A stretch of DNA of 62,986 nt, counting the filler, from Octopus bimaculoides (taxonomy: Eukaryota), in assembly GCF_001194135.2 (NCBI RefSeq). It is 4 parts of 4 records of this genome, joined end to end, with 100 filler letters (N's around TTAATTAATTAA, not from the genome) between each part and the next. Parts side by side here need not be neighbours in the genome. Positions count along the whole stretch, not along the records: positions 55,688 to 62,986 come from NC_068997.1; 3 more parts are not named here. The stretch is one strand, 5' to 3'. Below the pieces are notes generated by a model, which was not told the origin of the DNA, made no database searches, and saw nothing but the letters and a program-made list of their open reading frames with translations. The translations under genes were made by a program, and so were the position numbers. Positions 61,130-62,986 of this stretch are shown here, piece after piece (within the stretch, counting starts at the first letter, position 1; each line of letters begins with the position of its first letter).

Positions 61130-62070
61130 TAAAGAAAGTCCTTCATGTTGTAGGAAATAAATATATTTTGATAAACACAATACATGCTTTTATGTGCTAA
61201 TATGAGTCTCATGCGATGAAGGCACGTTAGACAGTATTTTTTTACACATTTGATGCCTCATCGCAATCCTCAGGTGCTACTCACTTATAATATCAAGCTA
61301 AATATAGGACAATAGAATGAGAAAAATGTGTTAGAAAAGCGAGAAAGAAGTAGGTATAAAAGGTGGAACCTTAAAAATTCAGAAAACAAAACAGAAAACA
61401 GAAAGAAACGAAAACCGTGAACCGTAAAATACAAAGCTTAAACGATAGGGGCCTCAAGTGTATGGTACAGCTGCTCAATCTGGCGAGGGCGCTGCTTTCC
61501 AATTCGCCAACAGAAACTTAACCATATGTTTACAGCCGCTGAAAATTTAGGAACTAAATTTAGCAGTCTGTTAGAGTTCTATGATCGGAAAAGGATTTGA
61601 GTTCTTTCAGCTACGCATATTTTACATTTTCTTGATGCGTTGATATATGACATAGATTTTTCGACTATTTTCCACTTTATCGTATGCTGTGTAGCGTTCG
61701 ACTTCAAACCCCATACATGGCTATCCAGCTTAGTAGCTTTACTTTTGTCCCTGTGTCGGAAGTGTAACAATTCTTGAATTCGCTTTCACATATTCCGATA
61801 TATCTTTTTTCTTATCGTGTATGTTATCATCTATCGTTGCGGTAACTTTTGCCTCTTATATGGAGTATTTAATCATACATCCTTAATCGGGTGAACATCT
61901 TCCTAGGTCTCAACAGTTACAACTGGGAGTGTACTCTTGGTACTGTTCTCATGTAATGATGCTTTTCACATTTGGGTTGCAGCTATATGATAATTTCGCT
62001 GAGCGCCTGTTAGATATTTTCCTATAGCTGTGTCTTTCTGAAAAAATGTTTGCGGAGGAGAGACAAAAAT
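61130..62070 (-). mobile_element. Penelope-like element 3' part (RT thumb/linker, GIY-YIG, pLTR)
   Basis: KLSYSCNPNVKSII...KRYIGICESEFK...HRDKSKATKLDSHVWGLK...IKWKIVEKS...SRKCKICVAERTQIL...FSGCKHMVKFLLAN, then a T-rich UTR. Confidence 0.85.
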
Positions 62071-62099
62071 TTTTACATTAAGGGAAAAGGGTGAGGAGG

Positions 62100-62810
62100 A
62101 TCAAGTTACTTGCTTAAGTTTATTTTTAGGGGGGCTATATATCAATTTATGGTGTTAATTTTTCCAACTATTTTCCACTTCATATATTGAGATAGACCCT
62201 ATTGACCTAGACTTTATCATGCATGCGAGGAAAACACTACTGTTTAGTAAAGAGCTCCGCATGAGTCAAAAGTCCGATAACGATGTGTCTATGGGATAGT
62301 ACGATAGTCCTGACATCTGCGATCTTGTGGGTCTCTTTGTATTAAATACATTGAGATCAAATTACTCACGTCACGACCTGGGTCTAAATCGAGACGACGG
62401 ATTGCGTACTTCCTTTGGCCATAATGGCCACATCTGAGATAAATTCGAGATCCGAAATTTTCAGCGGTTGTAAGAATATAGCTACGTTCCACCCACTTCG
62501 AATTGAGTAGATATGCGGCAGACTCTAGGTCACTATCTTTTCAGCCGGTCAAAAGTGAAATAACTCTAATCGCATCACCCTTTTAGCTTCTTGCTGTTTT
62601 CTTTTTCGTTTTCCTGTTTTCACAACCTTCCACCTTTTATATCTACTTCTTTCTCGCCTTTTCCCCTCATCTTGTCTTATTTTTAGCTTGTTATGCCATG
62701 TGGGCAGTGCCTGAAGATGTTGATGAAATACCAGACATGTTAAAATATCATCTCGCGAAACTAATAGTAGCATATAAAAAACATATATTGTGTTTATTAA
62801 ATTATATATA
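62100..62810 (+). mobile_element. Penelope-like element, internally deleted (RT core joined to endonuclease end + pLTR)
   Basis: IMHARKTLLFS...DVSMG*YDSPDICDLVGLFVLNTL...LGLNRDDGL is a PLE RT signature; 62590-62810 is similar to the reverse complement of 61130-61430. Confidence 0.8.
62707..62773 (+). ncRNA. Type I hammerhead ribozyme
   Basis: GTGC-CTGAAGA-t-[imperfect long stem II, GATGA/TCATC]-GAA-ACTaatAGT-A-GCAT: intact core, 3-bp stem III, GUA triplet, 4-bp stem I. Confidence 0.65.
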
Positions 62811-62953
62811 TATAAATTCAAATTACGACAAACGTAAATAAACAAACGAAGTTTGCTTTTAGAGGCGTTGAGATGTCTTAGAAAGTTAAAGAAGTGATTT
62901 TTTAAATTCTCAATCGCAATGCTACTATTAGTTTTGTGACATGATTTTTTAAC

Positions 62954-62986
<33 letters not shown>

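Overview
AT-rich, repeat-dense eukaryotic nuclear DNA from a draft assembly. The C2H2 finger style, the SINE/RTE/mariner complement and the microsatellite load point to an octopus genome (inference). The window is probably not one contiguous locus: three identical 100-bp spacers (44 N + TTAATTAATTAA + 44 N) at 19020-19119, 25808-25907 and 55588-55687 split it into four joined segments. Segment 1 holds an intronless SARAF/TMEM66 CDS (880-1782, +), a spliced mitochondrial ribosomal protein uS15m gene (MRPS15; six exons found between 3311 and 11876, one internal exon missing and probably in the N-gap) and a tRNA-Gly(TCC) gene. Segment 2 holds an 11-finger C2H2 zinc-finger gene followed by decayed fingers. 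The rest is mostly transposon remnants: Penelope-like elements (PLEs), RTE, R4-like and L1/Tx1-like LINEs, Ty3/gypsy, mariner, hAT, piggyBac-type MITEs and three tRNA-derived SINE families. The best findings are (i) three type-I hammerhead ribozyme folds with intact cores (38201-38256 -, 47876-47927 +, 62707-62773 +) plus decayed copies, most lying downstream of PLE endonuclease remnants; (ii) a 1.1-kb inversion that splits both an RTE and a mariner at a 3-bp microhomology; (iii) a 7x amplification of the RTE 3' terminus; (iv) a 197-bp-arm fold-back containing telomere-like repeats; and (v) a nested piggyBac-MITE stack. All calls were made by eye, with no database searches or folding runs.
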